DNA of 64,000 nt from an uncultured bacterium (GCA_964453435.1 CAYVQZ010000002.1:20555-84554); one strand, 5' to 3'; shown: positions 27,956-37,866, counted from the first letter of the stretch. Numbers and translations are program-made. Notes: generated from the letters alone by a model not told the origin.

Positions 27956-30022
27956 TCAAAGAGTGGCAGGTTCGGCCGATTGGATTTCGCTTTGTCTCGA
28001 TTGAAGAATCTGAAAACGTCCGAACTGTTGGGTGGGACCATACTGAGATTTGAGAATAGCGGCGGTTTTCGGCCACGCGTTGAGAAAACTGTTCGTTTCC
28101 ACATCGTCAATCTGTTGAATCACAAATCGGGGCTTTGTGCGAATTAATCTTCGAGCCATCTCCTCATCGTCGAATCCAAGTCTTCCACTTAGGTTCAAGA
28201 AACCGAAATTGGACAGGTATGCGAAGTAATTTTCCTTTGAAAGAACGCTGTCGCGTTCGGAGAGAAAATAGATGATCTGGTCCTCGCATATTACGAATAT
28301 AGGCTGATCCGGTTCCACATGGCTACGAATAAATTCGATTGTGTCATCCAGGTCAACATACTGTTTGACCACATGGAGCTTCACACCCCGCGCCCTGGGC
28401 GATTTCAGCTCGAAAAAGGAATGAAACCGCAGTCCTTCCCCCTCCTTCTTCAAGGGAACCGGCAGACTCTGTAAATAAAACACTTTCAAGCTCCAGAGAA
28501 AGGGCAGGATAATCAAACATGCACCCGCCGCCACCCATATTGCACCCAGGCGTGTCTTTCTCTTGAAGAGGTGGCTGGCGGTCTGATTCAGCTTCCATAA
28601 CAAGAAGCCAATCAACACAAATATCACTGTGCTGTTCATCAGAAAATGCACCTCATCGCTTCGGGGAAACGCCAGAAGAAGAAAGAGCGAGGAGAATGTG
28701 CAGCAGAGAAATAGGAGGAGCTTATACCTGGCCTCCTCGGCTTCTTCGTCCCTGAGCTTGGCAAACACGGGAAACGCCGCCAGCAGGCTCAGAGTCCAAA
28801 GCGTGTGAGTGATGCGCGCGCGCCATATTACGAACGGTGTCTCGCTAAGAAATATGTATGCCGTTGGCCCCAGCAAGACCGCGAGCACCAACAAAAAAAA
28901 ACGCAATTCTCCGCCTCTGCTGCTTTTGCTTCGCCTCATTCCCGCAATGGAGAAGACGAGACCACAGAGGAAAACGACTGCTATAAGCAACGCATGAAAA
29001 CGGTGCTCGTACATAGGCCAATAGTAATTTATGGAAAATGGCAGCACGAAAGTATCATAGAACAGCTCCTCGAGTCCTCCCGCTTTCCAATAGAGCAGAA
29101 ACTCCAGTAAGAGTATAGAGGCCGGGCCCAGAGCCAGCAAGCCGATTTCCCCCATGAGACATCTGAACCCGCTATGGCGGCGCCATCCCTCTCCGGACAC
29201 GGCTCCTCCCCGAAGCGCGGCAATTTCTCCCGCCAGCATGGGGCTGAGAAAAAGAAAGAATGGAAGCAGAAATATGCCAAAGTAGTATATGTCAAGACGA
29301 TATCTCAATAAGTACAGAGCGAAACTGCCCGCCACACCTATGATGAGAGACAATTTGAGAATTCTGCCGAAAAGAAACCCGGCACCCTCGGCGTAAACCC
29401 CCTCCTTTGGGTATTCGTCGCCATCCGCGAAAAGCTGTTCTCTGTAACACAAAAACAGAACCAGTCCCACGAGGATAAAGATTCCGGCGGGTAACTTGAA
29501 AAGCAGGGCCAACCCCCCGCAAAATCCCGCCGCCAGAAGGAAGCGCTTCTTGTCGCTCTGCAGAAAAAGGATGCTGCAAAGTATCGCAAGAAGCCCCAGA
29601 AAATGAGCGCAATGACTTCCGTATAAAACATTGAAAACGCGATGTAACGCATCTCCCCAACAGAAGACAAAAAGCGCTGACGCCAAAAACGCAAACCGAT
29701 ACGGCATCAGTTCGCCTGCAATCCAGAAAATAAACACCGCCATGAGCGCTTTCATGACGATAAGAAAAATCCTTATGACTATGATTTTCTCCCCAAATAA
29801 TTTAAAAAGGCCGCCGCCCGCGAAGTAGACGCCCGGGCCGTAGATATCGTAGAAATCCCGATGCGGAAGCTGGTCGCGAGAAAACTTTTCGAAATTGTAT
29901 AGCAGGTAGCCCTCATCGAAAGTATCGAGTCCGCGATTCGCTGTAAGAGAAAAATAGCCGCTCGCAAGCACCGCAACGAGCACTGTAAGGACCACAAACT
30001 TCCAGCCCACCTTCTTGTTCAT
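27956..30022 (-). CDS. GT-C-like membrane glycosyltransferase, paralog of 18584-20596
   Basis: 688 aa, multi-TM, with a first-loop FDEGYLLYN motif and C-terminal domain KPRFVIQQ...FGRFQILQ that aligns with the C-terminus of the other GT-C-like protein. Confidence 0.6.
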   Translation of the reverse strand: MNKKVGWKFVVLTVLVAVLASGYFSLTANRGLDTFDEGYLLYNFEKFSRDQLPHRDFYDIYGPGVYFAGGGLFKLFGEKIIVIRIFLIVMKALMAVFIFWIAGELMPYRFAFLASALFVFCWGDALHRVFNVLYGSHCAHFLGLLAILCSILFLQSDKKRFLLAAGFCGGLALLFKLPAGIFILVGLVLFLCYREQLFADGDEYPKEGVYAEGAGFLFGRILKLSLIIGVAGSFALYLLRYRLDIYYFGIFLLPFFLFLSPMLAGEIAALRGGAVSGEGWRRHSGFRCLMGEIGLLALGPASILLLEFLLYWKAGGLEELFYDTFVLPFSINYYWPMYEHRFHALLIAVVFLCGLVFSIAGMRRSKSSRGGELRFFLLVLAVLLGPTAYIFLSETPFVIWRARITHTLWTLSLLAAFPVFAKLRDEEAEEARYKLLLFLCCTFSSLFLLLAFPRSDEVHFLMNSTVIFVLIGFLLWKLNQTASHLFKRKTRLGAIWVAAGACLIILPFLWSLKVFYLQSLPVPLKKEGEGLRFHSFFELKSPRARGVKLHVVKQYVDLDDTIEFIRSHVEPDQPIFVICEDQIIYFLSERDSVLSKENYFAYLSNFGFLNLSGRLGFDDEEMARRLIRTKPRFVIQQIDDVETNSFLNAWPKTAAILKSQYGPTQQFGRFQILQSRQSEIQSAEPATL

Positions 30023-30047
30023 TACTGCTTGCCCTCTCGGGGAAAGG

Positions 30048-31133
30048 TCATAATTTCCCCCCTTCTTCGAGCATTGCGATTACTTTGGTTGACAGCCTCT
30101 CCGCTATTATCTTCCGCCCTTCAAGCGAATAATGCTCCATCTCGTCAACAAAATATGGCTCGCTGAGAACGTCAGAAAGGTCGGTCCAACAGCCCCCTTG
30201 CTCTTGAATCGCCTTCAATATGCCGTCCTTCGACCTCTCGAACGAACGATGGTCCATGATGTCGAGTTCTTCGAGGAGCGTCTGGTTTATCGGATTGATA
30301 TAGAAAAGAATCCTTACTTGGTGTTTCCGGCCAACCTGGATGATGGCCCGAATATATCGGAATATCTCGTGTTCCTCCGTTATGTTCATGGGATAGGCGG
30401 CTCTGAGGAAACCGTGGTCATGGTCGCGCCTCGGGACGAAATCGAGGCTGCCGTCATCCGCCGCCTCCGATACCCGTCGCGAGGCGCGCGCAATCGCAAC
30501 GTTGGTCCCATTTATGGCCCATTCCTTGAAGCCCATCGGATAGAGGGAAAAAATTTGAATCTCATATCGCAATTGTTTCTTATGGGAAATCCCGTAGGGT
30601 CGAAGCGGATTTTCTGAATCGAGGAGGGAGAGCGCCGGAACAAGCGCGGAAAGTTCCATAAATTCGTCTTTGGCCAAAGCTTTCCAGACAGGGCTGAGCG
30701 AGTTCCAGTTGATGGGGATAATCACGAGGTCAGGCGAAAAGTCCATCGCTTTGTAAAACATACAATAATAGTGGAACATATTCGCAGAGGCAAAAGCCCA
30801 TTCTGCAACCCCGATTCGCACGTAGGGGTGTCTGGAGGAAAGAGATTCCTGCAAAAGCAGTGGAGTATGTGTGTGAGCGGCGTCTGAATCGGCTCGCCTG
30901 TCCGGAGGATAGAACAGGCTTGAGTCGCCGAAAAAGATTACCTTTATGGGGAAGCCTCTTTGCAATTCTTTTGTGGCATATCCCGTAAAAAGGATGGAAT
31001 AAGGTTTTATGTCACCCGCAAATTTGGCGAACAACTCGCATCGAATTGTCAGTGCCGTCAATAGAAAAAGGCAGACCAGATAATAAACTCCGACCCATGT
31101 CGCCTTTGACCTTGCCTGTATCCGATGCTCCAT
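30048..31133 (-). CDS. membrane-anchored SGNH/GDSL-like hydrolase-fold protein, paralog of 22729-23892
   Basis: 361 aa with an N-terminal TM, VIFFGDSSL, WAFASANMFHYYCMFYKAMDFSPDLVII and EHYSLEGRKIIAERL, all matching blocks in the paralog. Confidence 0.6.
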   Translation of the reverse strand: MEHRIQARSKATWVGVYYLVCLFLLTALTIRCELFAKFAGDIKPYSILFTGYATKELQRGFPIKVIFFGDSSLFYPPDRRADSDAAHTHTPLLLQESLSSRHPYVRIGVAEWAFASANMFHYYCMFYKAMDFSPDLVIIPINWNSLSPVWKALAKDEFMELSALVPALSLLDSENPLRPYGISHKKQLRYEIQIFSLYPMGFKEWAINGTNVAIARASRRVSEAADDGSLDFVPRRDHDHGFLRAAYPMNITEEHEIFRYIRAIIQVGRKHQVRILFYINPINQTLLEELDIMDHRSFERSKDGILKAIQEQGGCWTDLSDVLSEPYFVDEMEHYSLEGRKIIAERLSTKVIAMLEEGGKL

Positions 31134-31633
31134 TGCCGGCCCATGCCCCTCGGAAAGGGGGATTTATCGACGGGGCGAAGACTGGGGCTATGCAGGACCG
31201 AATGCATTTTCTTTTGTCTCCGAAGACGCCTTTAACGCAAAAATCCAGAAAAGAATCGGGCCTGTATTCTTTCTTGCTGTAAGTTCTCCCTGGTCCTCTT
31301 CGTCCGATTCACGCGTAAATAGATGCCTAGCCGCAAGATTCGGTCATTCTGATTCCGGAGAAAACTCTCCTCCTGCGCCTCGTGCTCCAGCTTATCCACG
31401 TATTCGTTTGCCTGCTGCCGAATTCTCTGGTGTTTCAGTTCCCCCCGAAACTAATTCCAGGCTCAACATCATGATGAAATAGCGCGGAACGCCGTTCTTA
31501 CACCTTGCCCGTTTCCCGGCAACATCGTACCATACGCTTATTGGCTAAGGCAAGGAATAACAAGAAGATTCGCAATCCATCCTGCCCTTTTACCACGGAG
31601 GACACTGCGCGGTGTAACCGCAACCAAACTACA

Positions 31634-31925
31634 CAGGGAGACCACGAATTACACAAATTACACGAATGAAAGTTCTCTTCTTTTCATTCCCGCGAAAGCA
31701 GGAGTCCAGGAAAAGATTTCTTGAGCCGCAAAGGCTTGAAGGGCGCAATGGAAGGCAGAAAGAAAATTGACCACGGGGAGGGTGGCGTGACACGGGGAAA
31801 GGCCGTGAAGATTAGCAACGGATTACACAGCGCGGCACAGCCGCACCCAAAAACCAAAGAAACTCCCGGAACACGAAAGACACAAATCGTGCGAATGTCA
31901 CGAATGAATAGTTCTTTCTTGGTGA
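31634..31925. repeat. direct repeats ACACGAATGAA(A/T)AGTTCT(C/T)TTCTT about 240 bp apart, plus TTACAC-N3-TTACAC, in a 983-bp divergent intergenic region
   Basis: CACGAATTACACAAATTACACGAATGAAAGTTCTCTTCTTTTCATTC at about 31634-31682 contains the hairpin GAATGAAAG...CTTTTCATTC. A second copy, GTCACGAATGAATAGTTCTTTCTTGG, is at about 31895-31925. Confidence 0.45.
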
Positions 31926-32116
31926 TTCTCGCTGGCTGACTCCCGAAGCAGTATTTTGATACAAATCGGCGAGTGATATATACTGGGAAGACAAGAATAT
32001 GCTTTTGCTGAATTTTCATGCCGCGAAGCCCTCTTGGGGAGAGGTCTCACATGCCCGTGCTCTTTATGGGTTATACCGACATACGCTCTTTCACGAGGGT
32101 CGCATTATGAGGCTTC

Positions 32117-34336
32117 TTGAGGCCGAAGATATGTAAAAGGCTGTTGCAGCGCAGGGGTTTTCTGATGGAGCAGACCAAGAGGGTCGTTGGCACAACCTTT
32201 CTTCGTTCTCTGGTATTGGGGTCGACAACCGCGATTGTCTATTTCGCTTTCGAGTTCTTTTTCGTCACTCTTGCAGGCGCTCATATCCGCATCGAGTACA
32301 TGCTTCTTGCTTTTGGAGCTTACCTGGGAATCGGCCTGGTTCTCGGGACCGTTATCGGGTTGGGAGTCGGCTGGCGGACAGACCGGAAAACCAGTGGAGA
32401 GGTGTCGATTTCACTGTCATTTTATCACATCTTCGGCTTCCTTGCTCTGTTTGGCTTCTATCTATTCTTCCAGCATCCCCTGGTGAGCATGCGTCTTACG
32501 TTTCTGCAGAAATCCGCCGCAAGTTTTCTCACCGCGGTTTTTTTATTTGCGCTGGCATGGTGGTTGGCAAAAAAGCCGATTCCGCGGAAAATGCCGTTCC
32601 GGGCCACATGTGCTTCATATGGGGTCGGCATCACCGTTGTTTGCGAATTGGTTGCCGGCGGAAGATATCTGAACGAAGAATATTTGCCCCTCTTTTTCGG
32701 CTCGCAATCGATTCTGATAAACATGTTCGTGCTTTGCGCCGCCGCCGCCATTTTCTTTATCGGAAACATGTATGCCACTGGTCGCATTACGCCTGCCGGC
32801 GGAAAGGATATGGGAGCCGCTCTCATACCTGCAAGCGTTGCGTTGGTCTTCCTTGTGACAACTGCATATCATCCTCTGGAGAAATATGAGATGCGGATTC
32901 GGCCAGTCAAGAGAGAGGCGGCTCCAACGGAGCGGCCGAATGTGATTCTAATCTCAATTGACACAATTCGCCGCGACCATCTTTCGGTGTATGGATATGA
33001 GCGGGAGACTTCCCCAAACCTGGATGCCTTCGCCACCGACGCGGAAATCTATGAGAATGCTATCTCCAACTCCTGCTGGACGCTGCCCTCCCATGCGTCC
33101 ATGCTGACCGGACTTCACACGAGCGCGCATGGCGCCCACGTGGTAACCGATGCTTTCGAAGGGCTGAGCAAGGCCGATTCCAGCCGGATACCCAGCTTTG
33201 TCGGCGCCGCCCCCTTACATCCCGAATTCGTTACCCTGACGGAAATTCTGAGAGAAAACGGATATGCCACCGGCGCCATTGTCGGAAATTGCACGTATCT
33301 GTACAGGGCATTCGGATTGAATCAGGGATTTGATTACTACAACGACCTCGAAGGCATGCGAATAAAGTTTCCACCGGTATTCGAACCGTTTCGGGTCAGG
33401 TTCTTCACCGAATTTCTTTCTCACCGTTTCAAATGGTATCGAGATGCAGAGGAGGTCAATGAAATCGTATTTGCTTGGATTCACGCTAATCGGCGGTGGC
33501 CGTTTTTTCTTTTCCTGAATTATAATGATCCTCATAGCCCTTACAGCGCGCCGCCGCCATACAACCGTCTCTTCCCCGGAAAAATCTCGAGTCGCGCTTT
33601 GAATGAGTCGGAAATCGTTCGGGCGTTGCGCGCGATGGAGAGAGAGCTCACAAGAGAGGAGAGAGAGCATTTTCTCTCACAGTACGACGGCGAGATTAAC
33701 TATATGGACCATCATCTTGGCCGTCTTTTCAGTTACCTCAAGGAGACGAATATTTATGAAAATTCGCTAATCATTGTGGTCGGCGACCATGGCGAGGCGT
33801 TTGGCGAGCATCTGGCGCTCGGGCACAGGCATAGTCTCTATGAGCCTGAAGTGAGAATTCCCCTCCTGGTAAAACATCCCGAAGCGGCCAGCAAAGGGCG
33901 GAGAGTTGAAGCCGCGCAACCAATAGATATTTTGCCGACAGCGCTTCATATAGTCGGTGTGCCGCTGCCGGCAGGTCTCGACGGCCGCTCGCTGGGGAGT
34001 GCGGAGGCCGATCAAACACTGCCGATGAGCGAGTATTACGTCTTTCAAGATGGTGTTGCGATGTCGCGGGCACGAGTCAACAGATGTATAAGAACCATTT
34101 ACGACGGCAGGTATAAATATATATGGAATTCCGATGCGCCGGACGAGTTGTATGACCTGAAGGCCGACCCTGAGGAAAAAAATAACCTGGCGACGCAGTT
34201 GCCCGACATTGCAGAAACGTGGAGGACTAATCTGGAAGAGCGTCTGGGCCCGCCGCGGTTTCGACCGCAACAACGAACAGGCGTGGCGGATAAAGAGGCT
34301 CTGGACCGGTTGAAGGCCGTCGGGTACATCGAATAG
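32117..34336 (+). CDS. membrane-anchored alkaline-phosphatase-superfamily 'sulfatase-like' hydrolase/transferase, paralog of 20626-22458
   Basis: 739 aa with an N-terminal multi-TM region, VILISIDTIRRDHLSVYG, NSCWTLPSHASMLTG (T-L-P-S-H in place of C-x-P-x-R), VGDHGEAFGEH and the C-terminus LKAVGYIE. The likely start is ATG 32165 (MEQTKRVVG). Confidence 0.7.
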   Translation: MRPKICKRLLQRRGFLMEQTKRVVGTTFLRSLVLGSTTAIVYFAFEFFFVTLAGAHIRIEYMLLAFGAYLGIGLVLGTVIGLGVGWRTDRKTSGEVSISLSFYHIFGFLALFGFYLFFQHPLVSMRLTFLQKSAASFLTAVFLFALAWWLAKKPIPRKMPFRATCASYGVGITVVCELVAGGRYLNEEYLPLFFGSQSILINMFVLCAAAAIFFIGNMYATGRITPAGGKDMGAALIPASVALVFLVTTAYHPLEKYEMRIRPVKREAAPTERPNVILISIDTIRRDHLSVYGYERETSPNLDAFATDAEIYENAISNSCWTLPSHASMLTGLHTSAHGAHVVTDAFEGLSKADSSRIPSFVGAAPLHPEFVTLTEILRENGYATGAIVGNCTYLYRAFGLNQGFDYYNDLEGMRIKFPPVFEPFRVRFFTEFLSHRFKWYRDAEEVNEIVFAWIHANRRWPFFLFLNYNDPHSPYSAPPPYNRLFPGKISSRALNESEIVRALRAMERELTREEREHFLSQYDGEINYMDHHLGRLFSYLKETNIYENSLIIVVGDHGEAFGEHLALGHRHSLYEPEVRIPLLVKHPEAASKGRRVEAAQPIDILPTALHIVGVPLPAGLDGRSLGSAEADQTLPMSEYYVFQDGVAMSRARVNRCIRTIYDGRYKYIWNSDAPDELYDLKADPEEKNNLATQLPDIAETWRTNLEERLGPPRFRPQQRTGVADKEALDRLKAVGYIE

Positions 34337-34652
34337 TCAAATGCCGGAATAATTATCTCCGGGTGGCTACTTCCTCAAAAAGTGCAGAGGGGTCACCCCT
34401 GAAAAGCCCCTCTGTCAGGCAGGTATAGTAGTTTCCTTCGCCAAAATGTCGTTTGTGATGCGTTTAATTTCCTTGGCGGCTTGGCGTGAGATAGCTTTTC
34501 CCGGTGTCGCCTTGTGTCCCCGTGGTTCGCTTTCCGTTCTGTCTTCGGTTGCGCCCTTTAAAAGCGCCTTGGCGTTTCAAGGATTCTTCTTGTGAATTCC
34601 TGCTTTCACAAGAATGGCGCAGGGGTCCGAGGATGAGCGGGGCCGTCCCGTT

Positions 34653-34967
34653 TTATCGTTCGCAGGGAGGCGGCGGGTTCGGCTCGCATTTGTCGCTCAG
34701 GACCCAGTCGAGGATCTGATAATTCACCCTGCATCCGAACGCAAAGAAGCCATTGATGAGTCCGGCTGGTCCGCCGCGAGAGGCGGATGGTTCGGGCGAA
34801 GCCGCCGCAGGCGCCGGACACGAAGCGGTTCGGTGCGGGCAGGGCGCCATTTCGGGCCGATCGGAAGAGATGGCCGAATCGGCTCCCGAGGCCGCGAACG
34901 GGAAAGAAGCCAGGAGTGATACGATAAGGCACGGCACTGCAATGCGGTTGAAGATTTCTTTTGTCAT
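34653..34967 (-). CDS. small secreted Cys-containing protein (hypothetical)
   Basis: 104 aa with a signal-peptide-like N-terminus (MTKEIFNRIAVPCLIVSLLASFPFAASGA) and a strong RBS GGAGGAG 7 nt upstream of the ATG on the minus strand. It lies in a high-GC region where many frames are open, so support is moderate. Confidence 0.4.
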   Translation of the reverse strand: MTKEIFNRIAVPCLIVSLLASFPFAASGADSAISSDRPEMAPCPHRTASCPAPAAASPEPSASRGGPAGLINGFFAFGCRVNYQILDWVLSDKCEPNPPPPCER

Positions 34968-35137
34968 GTTCTCTCCTCCCTTGTTTCCAATGATAATTAT
35001 AGCGTTGCCGACCCGCTCCGGTCAAAGAAAAGGGGGGCAGATGACTCGTATCTGCGGAATTTTGCGTAATGCGGTCTAGACAGAGCGATACGCGTTGATT
35101 ATAATAAATATGGTTTGGAAGGAGTCAAAATTCCATT

Positions 35138-36592
35138 ATGCGCAGATTATCCGTTCTGTTGATTTTCACATCGTGTATCCTGCTGCTTTTCTCCACATCC
35201 CCGGCGCAGACGAAATTCGTTTCCGTTATCACGATAAACGATGACATCATTAACCCGGTTGCCGCCGAGTATATCTCTCAGGCCATCCGCGACGCGAAGC
35301 AGAACGGTGCGGAATGCCTCATCCTCCAACTTGACACGCCGGGCGGGCTGCTCACCTCGACTCGTAAAATCATCAAGGAACTGCTGAATTCCGATGTGCC
35401 GGTGGTTGTCTATGTCGCCCCGAGCGGCGCGCGCGCGGCTTCGGCGGGCATGTTCATAACGCTTGCGGCAAACATCGCCGCGATGGCGCCCTCGACCAAT
35501 ATCGGGGCCGCTCACCCGGTCGATCTCGGCGGCGAGGGCGGAGAATCGTGGCGCGAAGCGATCAAAGGTCTCGAGGAAAAGATGAAGGAGATTGAGCAGC
35601 AGCAAAAGCGGAGGCGTCCGGCGGAAGAGGCCGAAGAAGACAAAGAGGGGACCGCCCCCGAAAAGGAGACCGGGGAAAGCGAGGAAGAGGAATCGTCTAC
35701 CGGTTCGACAATGGGTGACAAGGTGTTAAAGGATACGATAGCGTGGACCCGCGGTATCGCGCGCCTGCGGGGCCGAAACGAGGAATGGGCGGTCGAGGCG
35801 GTCACCAGGAGCGTCTCGATAACCGAGACGGAAGCGCTCGAGAAAAACGTCATTGACTTCATAAGCAAGGATATCGAAGAACTGCTCGAGCAGATAGACG
35901 GGACAGAGGTGACATTGCCCGATGGGCCGGTGACCCTGCGCACCGGCGAGGCTCGCATCGAATATCACGAAATGGATATGCGCCAGCGCATCCTGAACGC
36001 GATCTCGCATCCGAATATCGCGTATATCCTGATGATGCTGGGTTTCTTTGGCCTGCTCTTCGAGGTCACCCATCCCGGCATAGGCTTTCCCGGCATCGCG
36101 GGCGCCATCTGCCTCATCCTCGCCTTTTACTCCTTCCAGGCGCTGCCGGTCGATTACGCGGGAGTCGCGCTCATTGCCCTCGCCATTGTCCTCTTTATCG
36201 CGGAGGCGAAGGTGGCCAGTTACGGGTTGCTGACCGTGGGCGGACTCGTGTGCATGACGCTGGGCTCGATGATGCTGATCGATACGCCGTATGAATTTCT
36301 GAGGGTCTCGAACACGGTGATTTTCCCCGTCGTATTCACGACCGCCGCCCTTGTGGTGTTTCTCGTCACGCTCGTGGTGCGGGCGCACTCCCGCAAGAGC
36401 ATTACCGGTTTGGATGGCCTCGTCGGGGTTGTCGGAACGGCGGAAACGGACATATCGCCGGAAGGCAAAATCTTCATCCACGGCGAACTCTGGAATGCCC
36501 GCAGTGCGGATTCGATTCGGAAGGGAGAGAAAGTAAGGGTGGTTGCGGCCGACGGCATGATGCTGACTGTCGAAAGCGTTTCACAGGAGTGA
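35138..36592 (+). CDS. NfeD-like membrane-bound serine protease (ClpP-fold) with C-terminal OB-fold domain
   Basis: 484 aa with a signal/TM N-terminus and a ClpP-class protease domain (LQLDTPGGL...GARAASAGMFITLAANIAAMAP) interrupted by an acidic/Lys-rich insert of about 45 aa (EKMKEIEQQQKRRRPAEEAEEDKEG...ESEEEESS). It also has multi-TM helices and a C-terminal OB-fold (IFIHGELWNARSAD...VRVV). Confidence 0.8.
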   Translation: MRRLSVLLIFTSCILLLFSTSPAQTKFVSVITINDDIINPVAAEYISQAIRDAKQNGAECLILQLDTPGGLLTSTRKIIKELLNSDVPVVVYVAPSGARAASAGMFITLAANIAAMAPSTNIGAAHPVDLGGEGGESWREAIKGLEEKMKEIEQQQKRRRPAEEAEEDKEGTAPEKETGESEEEESSTGSTMGDKVLKDTIAWTRGIARLRGRNEEWAVEAVTRSVSITETEALEKNVIDFISKDIEELLEQIDGTEVTLPDGPVTLRTGEARIEYHEMDMRQRILNAISHPNIAYILMMLGFFGLLFEVTHPGIGFPGIAGAICLILAFYSFQALPVDYAGVALIALAIVLFIAEAKVASYGLLTVGGLVCMTLGSMMLIDTPYEFLRVSNTVIFPVVFTTAALVVFLVTLVVRAHSRKSITGLDGLVGVVGTAETDISPEGKIFIHGELWNARSADSIRKGEKVRVVAADGMMLTVESVSQE

Positions 36593-36651
36593 CACTCGAA
36601 GGATAGAGACCGAATGGCGGACACAGGAACTGACCAAGGAGGATTTAGAAA

Positions 36652-37434
36652 ATGCAAGTGCCGGTAATCGTCGTGCTCATTATCGTCCTGTACTTCATCA
36701 GTTGTGTTCGCGTGCTGAACGAATACGAGCGGGGAGTCGTGTTTAGGCTCGGGCGGGTTCTGTCGGGACCGAAGGGGCCGGGTCTGATATTGGTATTCTG
36801 GCCGATCGACCGCATGGTGCGTGTCAGCCTGCGGCTCATCGCGCTGGATGTACCCCCGCAGGACATCATCACGCGCGACAACGTCTCGGTGAAAGTGAAT
36901 GCGGTGGCGTACTTCAGGGTCATGGAGCCGAGCAAGTCCGTCATCGAGGTGGAGAATTTCCTGTTTGCGACTTCACAGATGGCCCAGACCACGTTGCGAA
37001 GCGTGCTCGGCAGGTCCGATCTCGACGAGCTTTTATCCGAACGCGACAAGATCAATCAAGAGCTTCAGGACATTCTTGACCGGCAAACCGACCCGTGGGG
37101 TATCAAGGTTTCGAACGTCGAAGTCAAACACGTGGACCTGCCGCAGGAAATGCAGCGCGCCATCGCGCGCCAGGCGGTCGCCGAACGAGAACGGCGAGCC
37201 AAGGTAATCAACGCCGAGGGCGAGTTCCAGGCGGCGGCCCGGCTTGTTGACGCCGCCAAGATGATGGAACACCATCCCATGGCGCTGCAGATGCGGTTCC
37301 TTCAGACACTGGTGGAAGTCGCATCGGAGAAGAGTTCGACGATGGTGCTTCCGCTTCCGCTCGACCTGTTCCGCCCATTCTTTGAGGCCAACCTGAGGAA
37401 AGAGCAACAGCAACAGGAGCCAAAGCAAGAGTAG
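36652..37434 (+). CDS. SPFH/band 7 (stomatin-like) protein
   Basis: 260 aa: [14 protein letters not shown]...GPGL...[34 protein letters not shown] is the canonical stomatin/PHB domain. It is the known operon partner of NfeD. Confidence 0.85.
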   Translation: MQVPVIVVLIIVLYFISCVRVLNEYERGVVFRLGRVLSGPKGPGLILVFWPIDRMVRVSLRLIALDVPPQDIITRDNVSVKVNAVAYFRVMEPSKSVIEVENFLFATSQMAQTTLRSVLGRSDLDELLSERDKINQELQDILDRQTDPWGIKVSNVEVKHVDLPQEMQRAIARQAVAERERRAKVINAEGEFQAAARLVDAAKMMEHHPMALQMRFLQTLVEVASEKSSTMVLPLPLDLFRPFFEANLRKEQQQQEPKQE

Positions 37435-37440
37435 CAGACA

Positions 37441-37549
37441 GCGAATCTGTCCCGCGATTGCCCGGCGAAGGGGGCTGTCAGCGCGTCCCACGATTTATGA
37501 TTTCGGCTTAATTGGTGGACACCATGCGGCATGGTGTCCCCCAATAACC
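37441..37549 (+). repeat. dispersed intergenic repeat, family 2, copy 2 (GAATCTGTCCCGCGATTGCCCGGCGAAGGGG...GGACACCATGCgGCATGGTGTCCCCCAATAACC)
   Basis: Contains the 11-bp inverted repeat GGACACCATGC/GCATGGTGTCC and the shared core GTCCCCCAATAACC. Its 5' block GTCC(C/T)GCGATTGC..GCGAAGGGG is shared with the reverse-oriented copy at 40832-40877. Confidence 0.55.
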
Positions 37550-37866
37550 CGCATCGCCGGCCGTGGGAGAGGTTCACAGTGCCCGGCAGTTCGGTTGGTT
37601 GAATCCTGAGACATGCTCGGAATAGCGTTCGATAGCTCGTGCCTGTGTATCCCGCCCATGTTCCCACCGTTTCATCGTTTCAATATTGCCGGATTGGGGC
37701 TCGCGCATCGCGGCGGCGCAAGGCACTACTGTGGGGCGGAGCGCGTTGCGGGAGCGATTGACTTTCATTTAAGACGTTTGTTAATATTGAGGCGTAGAAC
37801 GGTTCTTGCCAGTTTCCTCTGTGTCTGCCCTCGTCAAATCGCACAATAAAGTGGGGGGAGTGTGTT

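Noticed and set aside
29201-29225. Match to the family-1 repeat core (CCCCGAAGCGCGG) inside the GT-C-like gene
   Set aside because: It is a 13-15-nt match within an intact coding frame, and in GC-rich DNA that is most likely chance. It was not counted as a repeat copy.
34340-35137. Multiple overlapping ORFs in six frames (34504-35079)
   Set aside because: These are typical of GC-rich non-coding or short-gene regions. Only the minus-strand ORF 34653-34967, with a signal peptide and a GGAGGAG RBS, was retained, and at low confidence.
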